Assembly (NCBI GenBank): GCA_044368305.1
Contig: JBIPLS010000002.1
Location: 1 to 42,790, forward strand
Length of the DNA: 42,790 nt
Direction: 5' to 3'
Source of the DNA: Pirellulales bacterium
Lineage (GTDB): Bacteria; Planctomycetota; Planctomycetia; Pirellulales; UBA1268
Positions 25,606 through 35,048 of the stretch are shown piece by piece. Under the pieces are notes generated by a model. It worked only from the letters and a program-made list of their open reading frames with translations, was not told the DNA's origin and made no database searches. Both the position numbers and the translations under genes were made by a program. Each line of letters opens with the position of its first letter. The first letter of the stretch is position 1.

Positions 25606-25740
25606 GAACAGCGGCGATCCCGCGCCGCCCCTCGCCACGGGGGCAGCCGCCGGGGTACAACTCCGTGTTGCGCCGCGGCGCCGCGATTCGTGGCCCGGCT
25701 GCGCATGCACGCCCCGGAACCGTCCCCCCGCACCGGCAGC

Positions 25741-28700
25741 ATGAAGACCCTCGAGAAGCGGCTGTTTCATCTCTTCGCCCCCGCCGACGTGGCCAAAGCC
25801 CGCGGGATCGTGCCGGCCTCGTTGGCCTGCCCGCGGGTGGGCCAGGTCCGGGCCACGGTCGCCGAAGGTGACGAGGAGCACGAGGTGTTCCTCGAACTTT
25901 CGGCCCACCGCCGCGGCGGTATGACGCTCGAGACCCGCTGCTCGACCCCGGCCGGCCGTGAGGGCCGGCCCTGCGCGATCCTGGCGGCGGTGCTCCTGGA
26001 GGTCGACAGGCGCGGCCTGCTCGCCGGGATCCACGACCAGACGCCGGTGGCTCTCGACATCGTGGCCGAGGATGCGGCCGGCGCCGCGGCCGGCGCGGAC
26101 GCGGACGACGATGACGATGACGACGAAACGACCCTGCCCGCTGGCGGGCCACGGCCGCTGCCACCGCCCTCCCGTCCACCCGCCGCCGGCCAGCGGGGCG
26201 GCCCGCGGACGCCGGCCTGGGCGGCCGAGCTCGACGTCCGCCGCCGGCTCGTCGAGCCGGCGATTCGCGCCTCGGGTCTGGAACTCCCCGATGCCCGCCG
26301 CGGCGGCGGGCTCGTGTTTCTCCTCGATCTGGGGGCCTCCACCGACTCGCGGGCCGCGGTTCTCGTGCCCTGCCGGATGCCCCTCGACGTGGCCGGCAAC
26401 GCCACCAGCCGGCCGCGGCCCGTGGTCATCGGCCCGGACGACGTCCCGCTCGACGAGCTCGATCCCGAGGAGCGGCGGCTCCTGGAGCAGCTCGTCGGCG
26501 CCATGCCGCTGGCCGAGCATGCCGTCGCGGAACCTCTCGAACGCCGCTCGATCGCCCGCGTCGCCATCAGCGCCCGGTCGGCGGCGATCCACCTGGCGAC
26601 GCTCTGCGAGACCGGCCGGCTGATCGTGCAGCCCGATCCGCGGCGCGCGCCCGAGGACGTGGTGCCGCTGGTCTGGGACGCCGGCCGTCCCTGGGAGTTC
26701 GCCTTCGTGGTCGAGCCCGAGGACGACGATCTCCCCCGCGGTGGTCGGCGGCAGGCCAATGAAGACGAGCCGCCGCCCCGCCCCGCCAAGGCCACGCTGC
26801 GGGGCATGCTGGTCCGCGGCAGCCAGCGGAAAAGCCTGGACGAGCCGCGGGCGATCCTCGCCTCCGGACTGGTGGTGTTCGCCGACCGGATCGCCCGGCT
26901 GGCGACGCCGGACGCCGACGGCACGACGCTGGGATGGATCGACCAGTTCGAGCGCCGGGGACCGATCGAGGTGGCGGGCAGCCAGGTCGACGGCCTCGTC
27001 GAGCGGCTGGCGACGCTGGCCGACCTGCCCCGCGTCGTCCTGCCGGCCTGGACGGGCTGGCGGATCGAGTCGGCGCCGCCCCGGCCCACGCTCGTGGTCG
27101 ACGACGCTCCGGCGATCACGCTCGAAGCAGAGGAGGTGGAAGCGTCCGGGCCGCCCGCCCGCCGCCGGCCCCAGCCCCGCGTGCAGATGGCGGGCACGAT
27201 CTGGTTCGAATACTCCGGCATCCATGTCGCCGCCGCCGATCCCGCCGGTGGCGTGGCCGATCCCGACCGGCGGGTGTTCGTGCGGCGCGACCGCGCCGCG
27301 GAGCGGGAGGCGCTCGGCATCCTGCCCCGCCACGGCGTCACCGCGGCCCGCGGCCTGGGACTCGGCGGAGGCGACCCGGCCCATCACGTCGAGATCACCC
27401 GCTCCCGGCTCGACGCATCGGTCGCCCAACTGGCGGCGTCCGGCTGGGCGGTCGAGGTCGCCGGCCGGCGGTACCGCCCGGCGGGAAGCGTCTCCTGGAA
27501 CGTCACCAGCGGGATCGACTGGTTCGAGCTTTCGGCCGCCATCGACTTCGGCGGCGTGTCCGCCGAGCTGCCGGCCCTGCTGGAAGCCTTGACCCGCGGT
27601 GCCCGGTCGATCGAGCTCGCCGACGGGTCGCTCGGGATTCTGCCCGACGGTTTCGCCGCCCAGTTGGAGCCGATGCTGCTGCTCGCCCAGAAGCACGACG
27701 GTCGGCTTCGCTACGGCCGTATCCAGGTGGCGCTGCTCGACGCGCTGCTGGCGGGCCAGCCGCAGTCGCACGTGGACGAGGTCTTCGAGCGGATCCGCGA
27801 GGAGCTCGCCCGCGGCGAGCGGCCCGAGGCAGAGGACGAGCCGCCGGGTTTCCAGGGGACGCTCCGCCATTACCAGCGCGAAGGCCTGGGCTGGCTGGCC
27901 TTCCTGGAGCGGATGGGACTCGGCGGCTGCCTGGCCGACGACATGGGGTTGGGCAAGACGATCCAGGTGCTCGCGATGCTCGTCCGCCGCCAGGCCGTGC
28001 TCCGCGACACGGGGGTCGCGAACCGCCCGTCGCTGGTGATCGTCCCCAAGAGCCTGGTCTTCAACTGGATCGAGGAGGCCCGGCGGTTCGCACCCGGCCT
28101 GCGGGTGCTCAACCACACGGGCCACGGTCGCACGGGGGCGGCGGCGCTGGCGGAGCACGACCTCGTGGTCACGACCTACGGCACGCTGCGGCGGGACATC
28201 CTGGCGCATCGCGAGACGGAGTTCGACTACGTCGTGCTCGACGAGGCGCAGTCGATCAAGAATGCCGCCAGCCAGGCGGCCAAGGCCTGCCGACTGTTGC
28301 GGGCCCGGCACCGACTCGCCCTCACCGGCACCCCCGTGGAGAACCACATCGGCGAGCTGTGGAGCATCTTCGAGTTCCTCAATCCGGGCCAGCTCGGCAG
28401 CGCCACGCGACTGCGGAAGTTTCTCACCGACGGCCGCGGCAGCACCGAGGTCGTGGCCCGGGCCGTCCGCCCCTACCTGCTGCGCCGCACGAAGGCCCAG
28501 GTGCTCTCCGACCTGCCCGAGAAGACCGAGCAGACGCTGTTCGTGGAACTCGGCGAGGCGCAGCGCCGGGCCTACGACGACCTGCGGAAACATTTTCGCC
28601 AGGAGCTCGCCGGCCGGATCGGACGGATGGGCATCGGCCGATCGCGGATCGCCGTGCTCGAGGCGCTCCTCCGGCTGCGGCAGACGGCCTGCCATCCGGG

Positions 28701-29238
28701 GCTCGTCGATCCCGAGCGGGCCGGCGAGCCCGCGGCGAAACTCGAGGCGCTCCTCGAGCAGCTCGACGAAGTGCTCGACGAGGGCCACAAGGTGCTGGTG
28801 TTCAGCCAGTTCACGAGCTTCCTCGCCATCCTGCGCCGCCAACTCGACGACCGCGGGCTGGTCTACGAGTACCTCGACGGCCGGACCACCGACCGTCAGG
28901 CCCGCGTGGCACGATTTCAGGAGGACGCCGAATGCCGGCTGTTTCTCGTCAGCCTCAAGGCCGGCGGCCAGGGCCTGAATCTCACGGCCGCGGACTACAT
29001 CTACATCCTCGATCCCTGGTGGAACCCGGCCGTCGAGGCCCAGGCGGTCGATCGGGCCCACCGCATCGGCCAGACCCGGCGGGTGTTCGCCTACCGGCTC
29101 ATCGCCCGCGACACGGTGGAGGAGAAGATCGTGGCCTTGCAGGACCGCAAGCGGGAGCTGGCGGAATCGATCGTCCGGGCCGATGACAGTATGATCGCGA
29201 GCCTGACGGCGGAGGACGTCGAACTGCTGCTGTCGTGA
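25741..29238 (+). CDS. SNF2-family helicase/ATPase with a long N-terminal bacterial SNF2-associated region
   Basis: Track ORF 25690..29238, ATG 25741 preferred. LRHYQREGLGWLAFL, GGCLADDMGLGKTIQ (motif I), VLDEAQSIKN (DEAQ, motif II), LTGTPVENH, VLVFSQF, SLKAGGQGLNLTAADYIYILDPWWNPAVEAQAVDRAHRIGQ (motifs V-VI). Confidence 0.85.
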   Translation: MKTLEKRLFHLFAPADVAKARGIVPASLACPRVGQVRATVAEGDEEHEVFLELSAHRRGGMTLETRCSTPAGREGRPCAILAAVLLEVDRRGLLAGIHDQTPVALDIVAEDAAGAAAGADADDDDDDDETTLPAGGPRPLPPPSRPPAAGQRGGPRTPAWAAELDVRRRLVEPAIRASGLELPDARRGGGLVFLLDLGASTDSRAAVLVPCRMPLDVAGNATSRPRPVVIGPDDVPLDELDPEERRLLEQLVGAMPLAEHAVAEPLERRSIARVAISARSAAIHLATLCETGRLIVQPDPRRAPEDVVPLVWDAGRPWEFAFVVEPEDDDLPRGGRRQANEDEPPPRPAKATLRGMLVRGSQRKSLDEPRAILASGLVVFADRIARLATPDADGTTLGWIDQFERRGPIEVAGSQVDGLVERLATLADLPRVVLPAWTGWRIESAPPRPTLVVDDAPAITLEAEEVEASGPPARRRPQPRVQMAGTIWFEYSGIHVAAADPAGGVADPDRRVFVRRDRAAEREALGILPRHGVTAARGLGLGGGDPAHHVEITRSRLDASVAQLAASGWAVEVAGRRYRPAGSVSWNVTSGIDWFELSAAIDFGGVSAELPALLEALTRGARSIELADGSLGILPDGFAAQLEPMLLLAQKHDGRLRYGRIQVALLDALLAGQPQSHVDEVFERIREELARGERPEAEDEPPGFQGTLRHYQREGLGWLAFLERMGLGGCLADDMGLGKTIQVLAMLVRRQAVLRDTGVANRPSLVIVPKSLVFNWIEEARRFAPGLRVLNHTGHGRTGAAALAEHDLVVTTYGTLRRDILAHRETEFDYVVLDEAQSIKNAASQAAKACRLLRARHRLALTGTPVENHIGELWSIFEFLNPGQLGSATRLRKFLTDGRGSTEVVARAVRPYLLRRTKAQVLSDLPEKTEQTLFVELGEAQRRAYDDLRKHFRQELAGRIGRMGIGRSRIAVLEALLRLRQTACHPGLVDPERAGEPAAKLEALLEQLDEVLDEGHKVLVFSQFTSFLAILRRQLDDRGLVYEYLDGRTTDRQARVARFQEDAECRLFLVSLKAGGQGLNLTAADYIYILDPWWNPAVEAQAVDRAHRIGQTRRVFAYRLIARDTVEEKIVALQDRKRELAESIVRADDSMIASLTAEDVELLLS

Positions 29239-29284
29239 CGCCCGGGACTCACGCAAAACTAACGCCGGCCGCCTGGTCCGGGGC

Positions 29285-29293
29285 TGGCATAAT
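29285..29293 (+). promoter_or_regulatory. Extended -10-like element upstream of the response-regulator gene
   Basis: TGGCATAAT (TGn plus CATAAT) lies 55 nt upstream of ATG 29348, in an otherwise GC-rich spacer. The 6+6 palindrome CCCGGC-ct-GCCGGG follows at 29310-29323. Confidence 0.3.
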
Positions 29294-29347
29294 CCCCGTC
29301 CATGGCCATCCCGGCCTGCCGGGCGACACCCGAGGCGACCTTCGACC

Positions 29348-30109
29348 ATGGCTCCTGGAACCCTGGAGGCCGACGAGCACGTGAAGCATGCACCTTCGCG
29401 CCCCAAGGGCGGGACCGAACAGCCGCAGTCCCGGGTCCTCGTCGTCGACGATGAGGAGGATCTGCTGGAGCTTGTCCGCTACAACCTCGCCAAGGAGGGG
29501 TACCAGGTGGAGTGCGTCGCCAGCGGCGAGCTGGCGCTGAAGTCTGCGCGGCGGCAGCCGCCCGACCTGATCGTGCTCGACCTGATGCTGCCGGCCGTCG
29601 ACGGGCTCGAGGTCTGCCGCCGGTTGAAGTCCGAGGGCAAGACCCGCGACGTTCCCATCATCATGCTGACCGCGAAGAGCGAGGAACGCGACATGATCGT
29701 GGGCCTCGAGTGCGGCGCCGACGACTACATCACGAAGCCGTTCAGCCCCCGGGTGCTGTCGGCGCGGGTCAAGGCCCTGCTCAGGCGGCGGGAGACCCAA
29801 CGCAAGTCCGAGCTCGAGACCACCATCGAGGTCCACGAGTTGTCGATCCACCCGGGCCGTCACGAGGTCAAGCTGGCCGGACGGCTCGTCGAGCTGACCT
29901 ACACCGAGTTCGCATTGCTGCAATTCCTGGCGAAACGGCCGGGCTGGGCCTACACCCGCCCCCAGATCGTCGACGCCGTGAAGGGCGAGGACTATCCTGT
30001 GACGGAACGCTCGGTCGACGTCCAGGTGGCCGGCCTCCGGAAGAAGCTCGGCACCTACGGGTCGTACATCGAAACGGTTCGCGGGGTGGGCTACCGCTTC
30101 CGGGCGTGA
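29348..30109 (+). CDS. phoB: OmpR/PhoB-family response regulator (PhoB-like)
   Basis: VLVVDDEEDLLELV, DLIVLDLMLPAVDG, DVPIIMLTAKSEERDMIVGLECGADDYITKPFSPRVLSARVKALLRR and C-terminal winged helix ...IETVRGVGYRF. It closely parallels E. coli PhoB blocks. The symbol is tentative because no pst/phoU genes are adjacent. Confidence 0.8.
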   Translation: MAPGTLEADEHVKHAPSRPKGGTEQPQSRVLVVDDEEDLLELVRYNLAKEGYQVECVASGELALKSARRQPPDLIVLDLMLPAVDGLEVCRRLKSEGKTRDVPIIMLTAKSEERDMIVGLECGADDYITKPFSPRVLSARVKALLRRRETQRKSELETTIEVHELSIHPGRHEVKLAGRLVELTYTEFALLQFLAKRPGWAYTRPQIVDAVKGEDYPVTERSVDVQVAGLRKKLGTYGSYIETVRGVGYRFRA

Positions 30110-30140
30110 TGCGTCTCCACCCGCGCCGTCCGTAGGGTCC

Positions 30141-31925
30141 ATGCCGCGCAACCGTCTCGTCTGGCACCTGTTCGCGGGCTGGTGCGGGCTCGTCGTCGGC
30201 GTGCTCGTCGCCTGCTTCTGGCTGTCGAGCGTGCGGCTGGCGACCCTGGCCGATGCCGCGGAGCGCCGGCGGGTCGCTGAGGTCGCAGCCACGGTCGCCG
30301 CGCTGCTGGGACCGGACGGCCAGCCGGCCGACCGGCCTTCTTTCGCCGCCGCCGTCACCGGCCTGCGGGCGGCCGGTATCGCGGTGCACGTGCTCGAGCC
30401 GGGTGGCGGGCCGCTGGCGGGTTCGGAAGGCCGGTCGCCCGCGGGGGCCGGCGGCCCGGCGGACGCCGACCTGCTCGCGGAGGTGCGGGGGGGCCGGACG
30501 GCGACAGCGATTCGCTTCGACGCGGGAACGGGCCGCCGGGAACTGACGATCGCCGTTCCCCACGGTGCCCCGGCCGCCCCCGCGGCGATCGTGAGCGTCT
30601 CGACCGACATGGCCGCCGTGGATGCATCTCTCGCGAAGGCCCAGCGGTGGCTGCTGCTGGGCTACGCGGCCTGCGGCCTGGCTGCGGCCGCCATCGGCTA
30701 CGCCCTGGCCCGCCGCACGGCCCGTCCCGTGGTGGAGCTGGGGCATGCCGCCGCCCGGCTGGCGGCCGGCCATGTCGACGCCCCCCTGCCGAGCACCGAT
30801 CTGGCCGAACTCGCCGATCTGGCCGCCTCGCTCGGCGTGTTGCGGGAGCAGCTCGTGGAGAGCGGCCTGACCATCGGTCGCCAGGGCACCCAGCAGCAGG
30901 CCGTGCTGGGCAGCATGATCGAGGGCGTGCTGGCGATCGACGCCCGGCAGCGGATTCTCGGCATCAATCGGGCCGCGGCCGACGTGCTGGGCATCGGCCT
31001 GGAAAGGATCATCGGCCGGCCGCTCCAGGAGGTGGTCCGCAACCCCGACCTGCGCCGCTTCGCGCTCTTGGCGATCGACTCCCGGGATCCCGTGGAGGAC
31101 GACCTCGTGATCCACGGCGTCCGCGACCGCACCATCCATCTCCGCGGCACGGCCCTGCGGGACGCGTCGGGCGAAGGGGGCGCCGTGATCGTGCTCGACG
31201 ACGTCACGGACATGCAGAGGCTGGAGAACGTCCGCCGCGACTTCGTCGCCAACGTGTCGCACGAACTCAAGACACCCGTGGCCTCGATCAAGGGCTTCGT
31301 CGAAACGCTGCTCTACGGCGCGGCGGACGACCCGGTGGACAACCGCCGCTTCCTGGAGATCGTCGCCCGCCAGGCGGATCGGCTGGCGGCCATCATCGAC
31401 GACCTGCTCGCCCTGTCGCGGATCGAGCAGAGAGAGGGGGCCGGCAATCTGCCGCGGGAGCAGGTGGCGGTCGCGGCCGTGCTGGCAGCCGCGATCGAGG
31501 ACTGTCGGCCGCGGGCCGCGGAGCGGTCGATCCGCATGGCGATCGAGTGTGCCGCCGAACTGTCGGCGGTGATCAATCCGCCCCTCCTGGAGCAGGCGCT
31601 CATCAACCTCGTGGACAACGCGATCAAGCACAGCGCCGCTGACCGCGAGATCCGCCTCACGGCCCAGGACGTGGGCGGCGCGGTCGAGATCCGCGTCCGC
31701 GACGAGGGCTGCGGGATCGCCCCGGAGCATCTGCCCCGGCTGTTCGAGCGGTTCTACCGCGTGGACAAGGCCCGCAGTCGCCAGCAGGGGGGCACGGGCC
31801 TGGGACTGGCGATCGTCAAGCACATCGTGCAGGCGCACGGGGGCACGGTGGACGTGGAGAGCACGCCCGGCGTCGGCAGCACGTTCACGATTCGCCTGCC
31901 ACAGGAGGCGACCGCGGCGGCGTGA
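30141..31925 (+). CDS. phoR: Sensor histidine kinase, PhoR-like (2 TM, HAMP, PAS, HisKA, HATPase_c)
   Basis: RRDFVANVSHELKTPVASIKGF (H-box), LINLVDNAIKH (N-box), RDEGCGI (G1), ERFYRVDKARSRQQGGTGLGLAIVKHIVQAHGG (F/G2, near-identical to the PhoR block). The symbol is tentative. Confidence 0.8.
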   Translation: MPRNRLVWHLFAGWCGLVVGVLVACFWLSSVRLATLADAAERRRVAEVAATVAALLGPDGQPADRPSFAAAVTGLRAAGIAVHVLEPGGGPLAGSEGRSPAGAGGPADADLLAEVRGGRTATAIRFDAGTGRRELTIAVPHGAPAAPAAIVSVSTDMAAVDASLAKAQRWLLLGYAACGLAAAAIGYALARRTARPVVELGHAAARLAAGHVDAPLPSTDLAELADLAASLGVLREQLVESGLTIGRQGTQQQAVLGSMIEGVLAIDARQRILGINRAAADVLGIGLERIIGRPLQEVVRNPDLRRFALLAIDSRDPVEDDLVIHGVRDRTIHLRGTALRDASGEGGAVIVLDDVTDMQRLENVRRDFVANVSHELKTPVASIKGFVETLLYGAADDPVDNRRFLEIVARQADRLAAIIDDLLALSRIEQREGAGNLPREQVAVAAVLAAAIEDCRPRAAERSIRMAIECAAELSAVINPPLLEQALINLVDNAIKHSAADREIRLTAQDVGGAVEIRVRDEGCGIAPEHLPRLFERFYRVDKARSRQQGGTGLGLAIVKHIVQAHGGTVDVESTPGVGSTFTIRLPQEATAAA

Positions 31926-32607
31926 CGACCGCGACCGGGCCGCTGCCGCCCTCGGGCGGTGGTGCGGCCAGGGACTCGACCAGTGCGACGATGCCCGCCG
32001 CCTCTTCGGTCGCCGGGACGGCGGTCGGCCCGAAGGCCTGCACCCGGACGCGGGAGCCGGCGAACTCCGCGGCCAGCCCGCTGGCGGCCACGGGGATCGC
32101 CCCGGCGACGAGCACCCCGGCGAGATTGCCGGGCCGCGGATCCGCCGCGTCGGCATCGGTCACGAGCAGGATCGTGCCTCCCGTCTCCTGACGAGCCATG
32201 ACGGCCCCCGCCTCCTGGGCGAGCACGACGGTCCCGACGAGGCCCACGTCCAGGCAGAACCGCAGGTCGTCGGCCGCGAGTTCGGCGAGCGGCATCTCGC
32301 GACGGACCGCGACGCAACTCACCAGGGCGTCGAGCCGGCCGAAGTGATCGGCGACGCGGCGGACGACCACCCGCGCCGGCCCCTCCTCCCGCAGGTCGGC
32401 GGTCACCGCCAGGGCCGGCACCCCGGCCACGACCAGGGTCTCCGCCGCCGCCCGCGCCGCGGCGAACGAGGCATGGGCATGGATCGCGACGGCCCAGCCC
32501 CGCCGCGCGAAGGCCTGCACGACCGCGGCCCCGAGTCCGCTGCCGCCACCGGCGACGAGCGCCACGCGGCGCGGGACGGCGGCACTGGCGGCGGGTGGGA
32601 GGGACAT
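31885..32607 (-). CDS. SDR-like Rossmann-fold protein lacking the canonical catalytic residues
   Basis: This is the C-terminal 240 aa of track ORF 31885..33546, starting at ATG 32607. VALVAGGGSGLGAAV is a glycine-rich dinucleotide motif. GC3 is high. There is no Tyr and no Lys anywhere in the protein. Confidence 0.65.
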   Translation of the reverse strand: MSLPPAASAAVPRRVALVAGGGSGLGAAVVQAFARRGWAVAIHAHASFAAARAAAETLVVAGVPALAVTADLREEGPARVVVRRVADHFGRLDALVSCVAVRREMPLAELAADDLRFCLDVGLVGTVVLAQEAGAVMARQETGGTILLVTDADAADPRPGNLAGVLVAGAIPVAASGLAAEFAGSRVRVQAFGPTAVPATEEAAGIVALVESLAAPPPEGGSGPVAVVTPPRSPPVAGES

Positions 32608-32657
32608 CGTGACGCGGTGCGACGACCGCCACCGAAGCCGACAGCCGGATCGGCCGG

Positions 32658-33587
32658 CTACTCCGTGGCCGTGGCCGGCCGGGCGTGGAAGTCGAGAATC
32701 TGCTGCCAGGCCTCGGCCGGCGTCTCGGCGTAGGTGAACAGGTCCAAATGATGGTCGGCGATCACCCCGCAGTCGGCCAGGTGGTGGAAGTCGATGACCT
32801 TCGCCCAGTAGTCGCGGCCGTAGAGGATGATCGGCACCGGCTGCATGCGGTGCGTCTGGCGGAGCGTGAGGGTCTCGAACATCTCGTCGAGCGTGCCGAA
32901 ACCTCCGGGAAACAGCACCACCGCGGCCGCCCGGAGGATGAAGTGGAACTTCCGCAGCGCGAAATACTTGAACTGAAAGCAGAGCTCCGGCGTGATGAAG
33001 GGATTCGGCTGCTGCTCGGCGGGCAGCTTGATATTGAGGCCGATCGACTTGCAGCCCACGTCGAAGGCGCCGCGGTTGGCCGCCTCCATGATGCCGGGGC
33101 CGCCGCCGGTGACGACGACGTAATCCCGCTTGTCGTCGCACTGGTTGTCGATCGAAACGATGCGGGCGAACTCCCGCGCGTCGTCGTAGTAGCGGCAGAA
33201 CTCCAGGAGCTTCGTGCTCCGCTCGATCTCCCGCTTCGCCCGCCGGTCGCCGGGCGCCGCTTGTGCGGCCCGCCGGGCCTCGAACAGGCGGCGCTCGGCC
33301 GCGTGCCGCTCCACGATCTGGGTGCCGCCGAACACGATCACCGTCGACTCGATGTTGTCGGCCTGCAGCGCCAGTTCCGGCTTGCCGAGTTCGAGGAGCA
33401 TCCGCACGCCGCGCATCTCGACCCGCTGGAGCAGCGCCGGGTCCTCCTGCGCGAGACTGTAGCTCGGGGAACTGAGAATCCGCTCCATGTTCTCGGCCAC
33501 CAGCGCCACGTCGTCGCCGAGCACCGTGTCGGGCAGGATGCTGCATGCCTTGGGCGGCGGTCCGCCGGGCTTCGTCTTCTTCGCCAT
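32658..33587 (-). CDS. LOG-family (TIGR00730-type) nucleotide 5'-monophosphate nucleosidase-like protein
   Basis: ATG 33587 has GAGGAG upstream. VVTGGGPGIMEAANRGA and VLFPGGFGTLDEMFE are the two LOG signature motifs. There is an N-terminal extension of about 130 aa. Confidence 0.8.
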   Translation of the reverse strand: MAKKTKPGGPPPKACSILPDTVLGDDVALVAENMERILSSPSYSLAQEDPALLQRVEMRGVRMLLELGKPELALQADNIESTVIVFGGTQIVERHAAERRLFEARRAAQAAPGDRRAKREIERSTKLLEFCRYYDDAREFARIVSIDNQCDDKRDYVVVTGGGPGIMEAANRGAFDVGCKSIGLNIKLPAEQQPNPFITPELCFQFKYFALRKFHFILRAAAVVLFPGGFGTLDEMFETLTLRQTHRMQPVPIILYGRDYWAKVIDFHHLADCGVIADHHLDLFTYAETPAEAWQQILDFHARPATATE

Positions 33588-33625
33588 CGTGCGCTCCTCG
33601 TCAAAACGCCCCCGCGGGGGCGGCT

Positions 33626-35026
33626 TCAGGACCCCAGTTCGAAGGTATCCCCGATGGCGGGAATCTGCACCGTGAAGCCCCGCGTCTCCCGGAGGAAGGC
33701 GGCCATCCCCTGGGCCGCCGCGGGCTCCCCGTGCACGAGGAACGTCCGCCGCGGCGCCGGCATGCCCGCCAGCCAGCGGCCGATCTCGTGGCGATCCGCA
33801 TGGCCCGAGAGCGCGTCCACCCTGCGCACCGCGGCTTTCACCGGGATCTCCCGGCCATGGATCTTGAGGAACCGCGCCCCGTCGATCAGGCTCCGGCCGC
33901 GGGTGCCGATCGCCTGGAACCCGGCCACGAGCACCGTGGTCCGCGGATCCGGCAGGCGGCGGGCGAGGTGGTGGAGGATGCGGCCGCCGTTCATCATTCC
34001 GCTGGAAGCGATGACGATCCCCGGGCCCGCGTGCGCGTTGATCGCCTTCGACTCGGCACCGGTCTTCGCCATCCGCACGAACGGGCTGGCGAGCGACTCG
34101 GCCACGCCCTGCATCTTCGCCTCGCTGAAGTCGTGCTCGCGGCCGTGCTTGCGGAACACCTCCATCGCGTCGACGGCCATCGGCGAGTCGACCCACACCG
34201 GTACCTCCGGCAGCCGGCCCGCGGCCATCAGGGTCCGCAGCAGGTAGACGAGCTGCTGGGCACGGCCGATGGCGAACGAGGCCACGAGCATCATCCCGCC
34301 GCGGGCGATCGCCTCCTTGGTGGCCGCCTCGAGCTCGTCGAGCGGCCGGCTCGGCGTGTGGTCGCGGTCACCGTAGGTGCTCTCGCAGACCAGATAGTCG
34401 CAGGGCGGCGGGCCGTTCGGGTCCTTGTAGAGCGGGGCGTCGAACCGGCCCACGTCGCCGGAGAACACGACGCGGTGCGGCGCGGATCCACCGGCCGCGT
34501 CGGATGCGACCTCCATCTCCACGAACGAGCTGCCGAGCATGTGGCCGGCCTCGTGATAGCGGCAGCGGAAGCCGGCCGCCGGCTCGAACCATTCCTCCCG
34601 CGGCACGGCGGTGAGCAGCCGCAAGGCACGATCGACGTCCCGCTCCTCGTAGAGCGGCAGGGCCGGGCGATGCTTGGCATAGCCCTTGCGGTTGGCGTAG
34701 AGGGCGTCCTCCGCCTGGCACTTCGCCGAGTCGTAGAGCAGGATGCCGAGCAGGTCCACCGTGGCGGGCGTGGCCCAGATCCGGCCGTGAAACCCGTCCC
34801 GGGCCAGCCGGGGCAGCCAGCCGGAGTGGTCGATGTGGCCGTGGGTGAGGACGACGGCGTCGATCGAGTCCGGCGGCACCGGGAACCGCTCCCAGTTCCG
34901 CTCGCGAAGCTCCTTCTCCCCCTGGAACAAGCCGCAGTCCACGAGCACCCTGCGGCCGTCGGTCTCCACCAGGTGACGGGAGCCCGAGACCACGCCCGCC
35001 GCACCCAGGAATCTCAGCCGTGCCAT
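33626..35026 (-). CDS. Beta-CASP family metallo-beta-lactamase-fold ribonuclease (CPSF73/YSH1-like)
   Basis: GAGGAG lies 7 nt upstream of ATG 35026. VLVDCG, VLTHGHIDHSG (HxHxDH), HEAGHMLGS, CESTYGDRDH (motif A), SGHAD (motif B), LVHGEP (motif C). Confidence 0.85.
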   Translation of the reverse strand: MARLRFLGAAGVVSGSRHLVETDGRRVLVDCGLFQGEKELRERNWERFPVPPDSIDAVVLTHGHIDHSGWLPRLARDGFHGRIWATPATVDLLGILLYDSAKCQAEDALYANRKGYAKHRPALPLYEERDVDRALRLLTAVPREEWFEPAAGFRCRYHEAGHMLGSSFVEMEVASDAAGGSAPHRVVFSGDVGRFDAPLYKDPNGPPPCDYLVCESTYGDRDHTPSRPLDELEAATKEAIARGGMMLVASFAIGRAQQLVYLLRTLMAAGRLPEVPVWVDSPMAVDAMEVFRKHGREHDFSEAKMQGVAESLASPFVRMAKTGAESKAINAHAGPGIVIASSGMMNGGRILHHLARRLPDPRTTVLVAGFQAIGTRGRSLIDGARFLKIHGREIPVKAAVRRVDALSGHADRHEIGRWLAGMPAPRRTFLVHGEPAAAQGMAAFLRETRGFTVQIPAIGDTFELGS

Positions 35027-35048
35027 GTCGTCGCTCCTCGGACCGCGG

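Noticed and set aside
25670-25681. Perfect 12-bp palindrome GCGCCGCGGCGC upstream of the SNF2 gene as an operator
   Set aside because: All-G/C palindromes of this length are expected fairly often at this base composition. There is no second copy or flanking promoter element to support function.
25099-29406. 1435-aa ORF on the minus strand, the longest in the window
   Set aside because: It lies entirely antisense to the SNF2 helicase gene, whose product carries all the canonical helicase motifs. Its translation is R/G/P/A/L-rich low-complexity sequence with no motif. This is the typical stop-codon-poor antisense frame of high-GC DNA.
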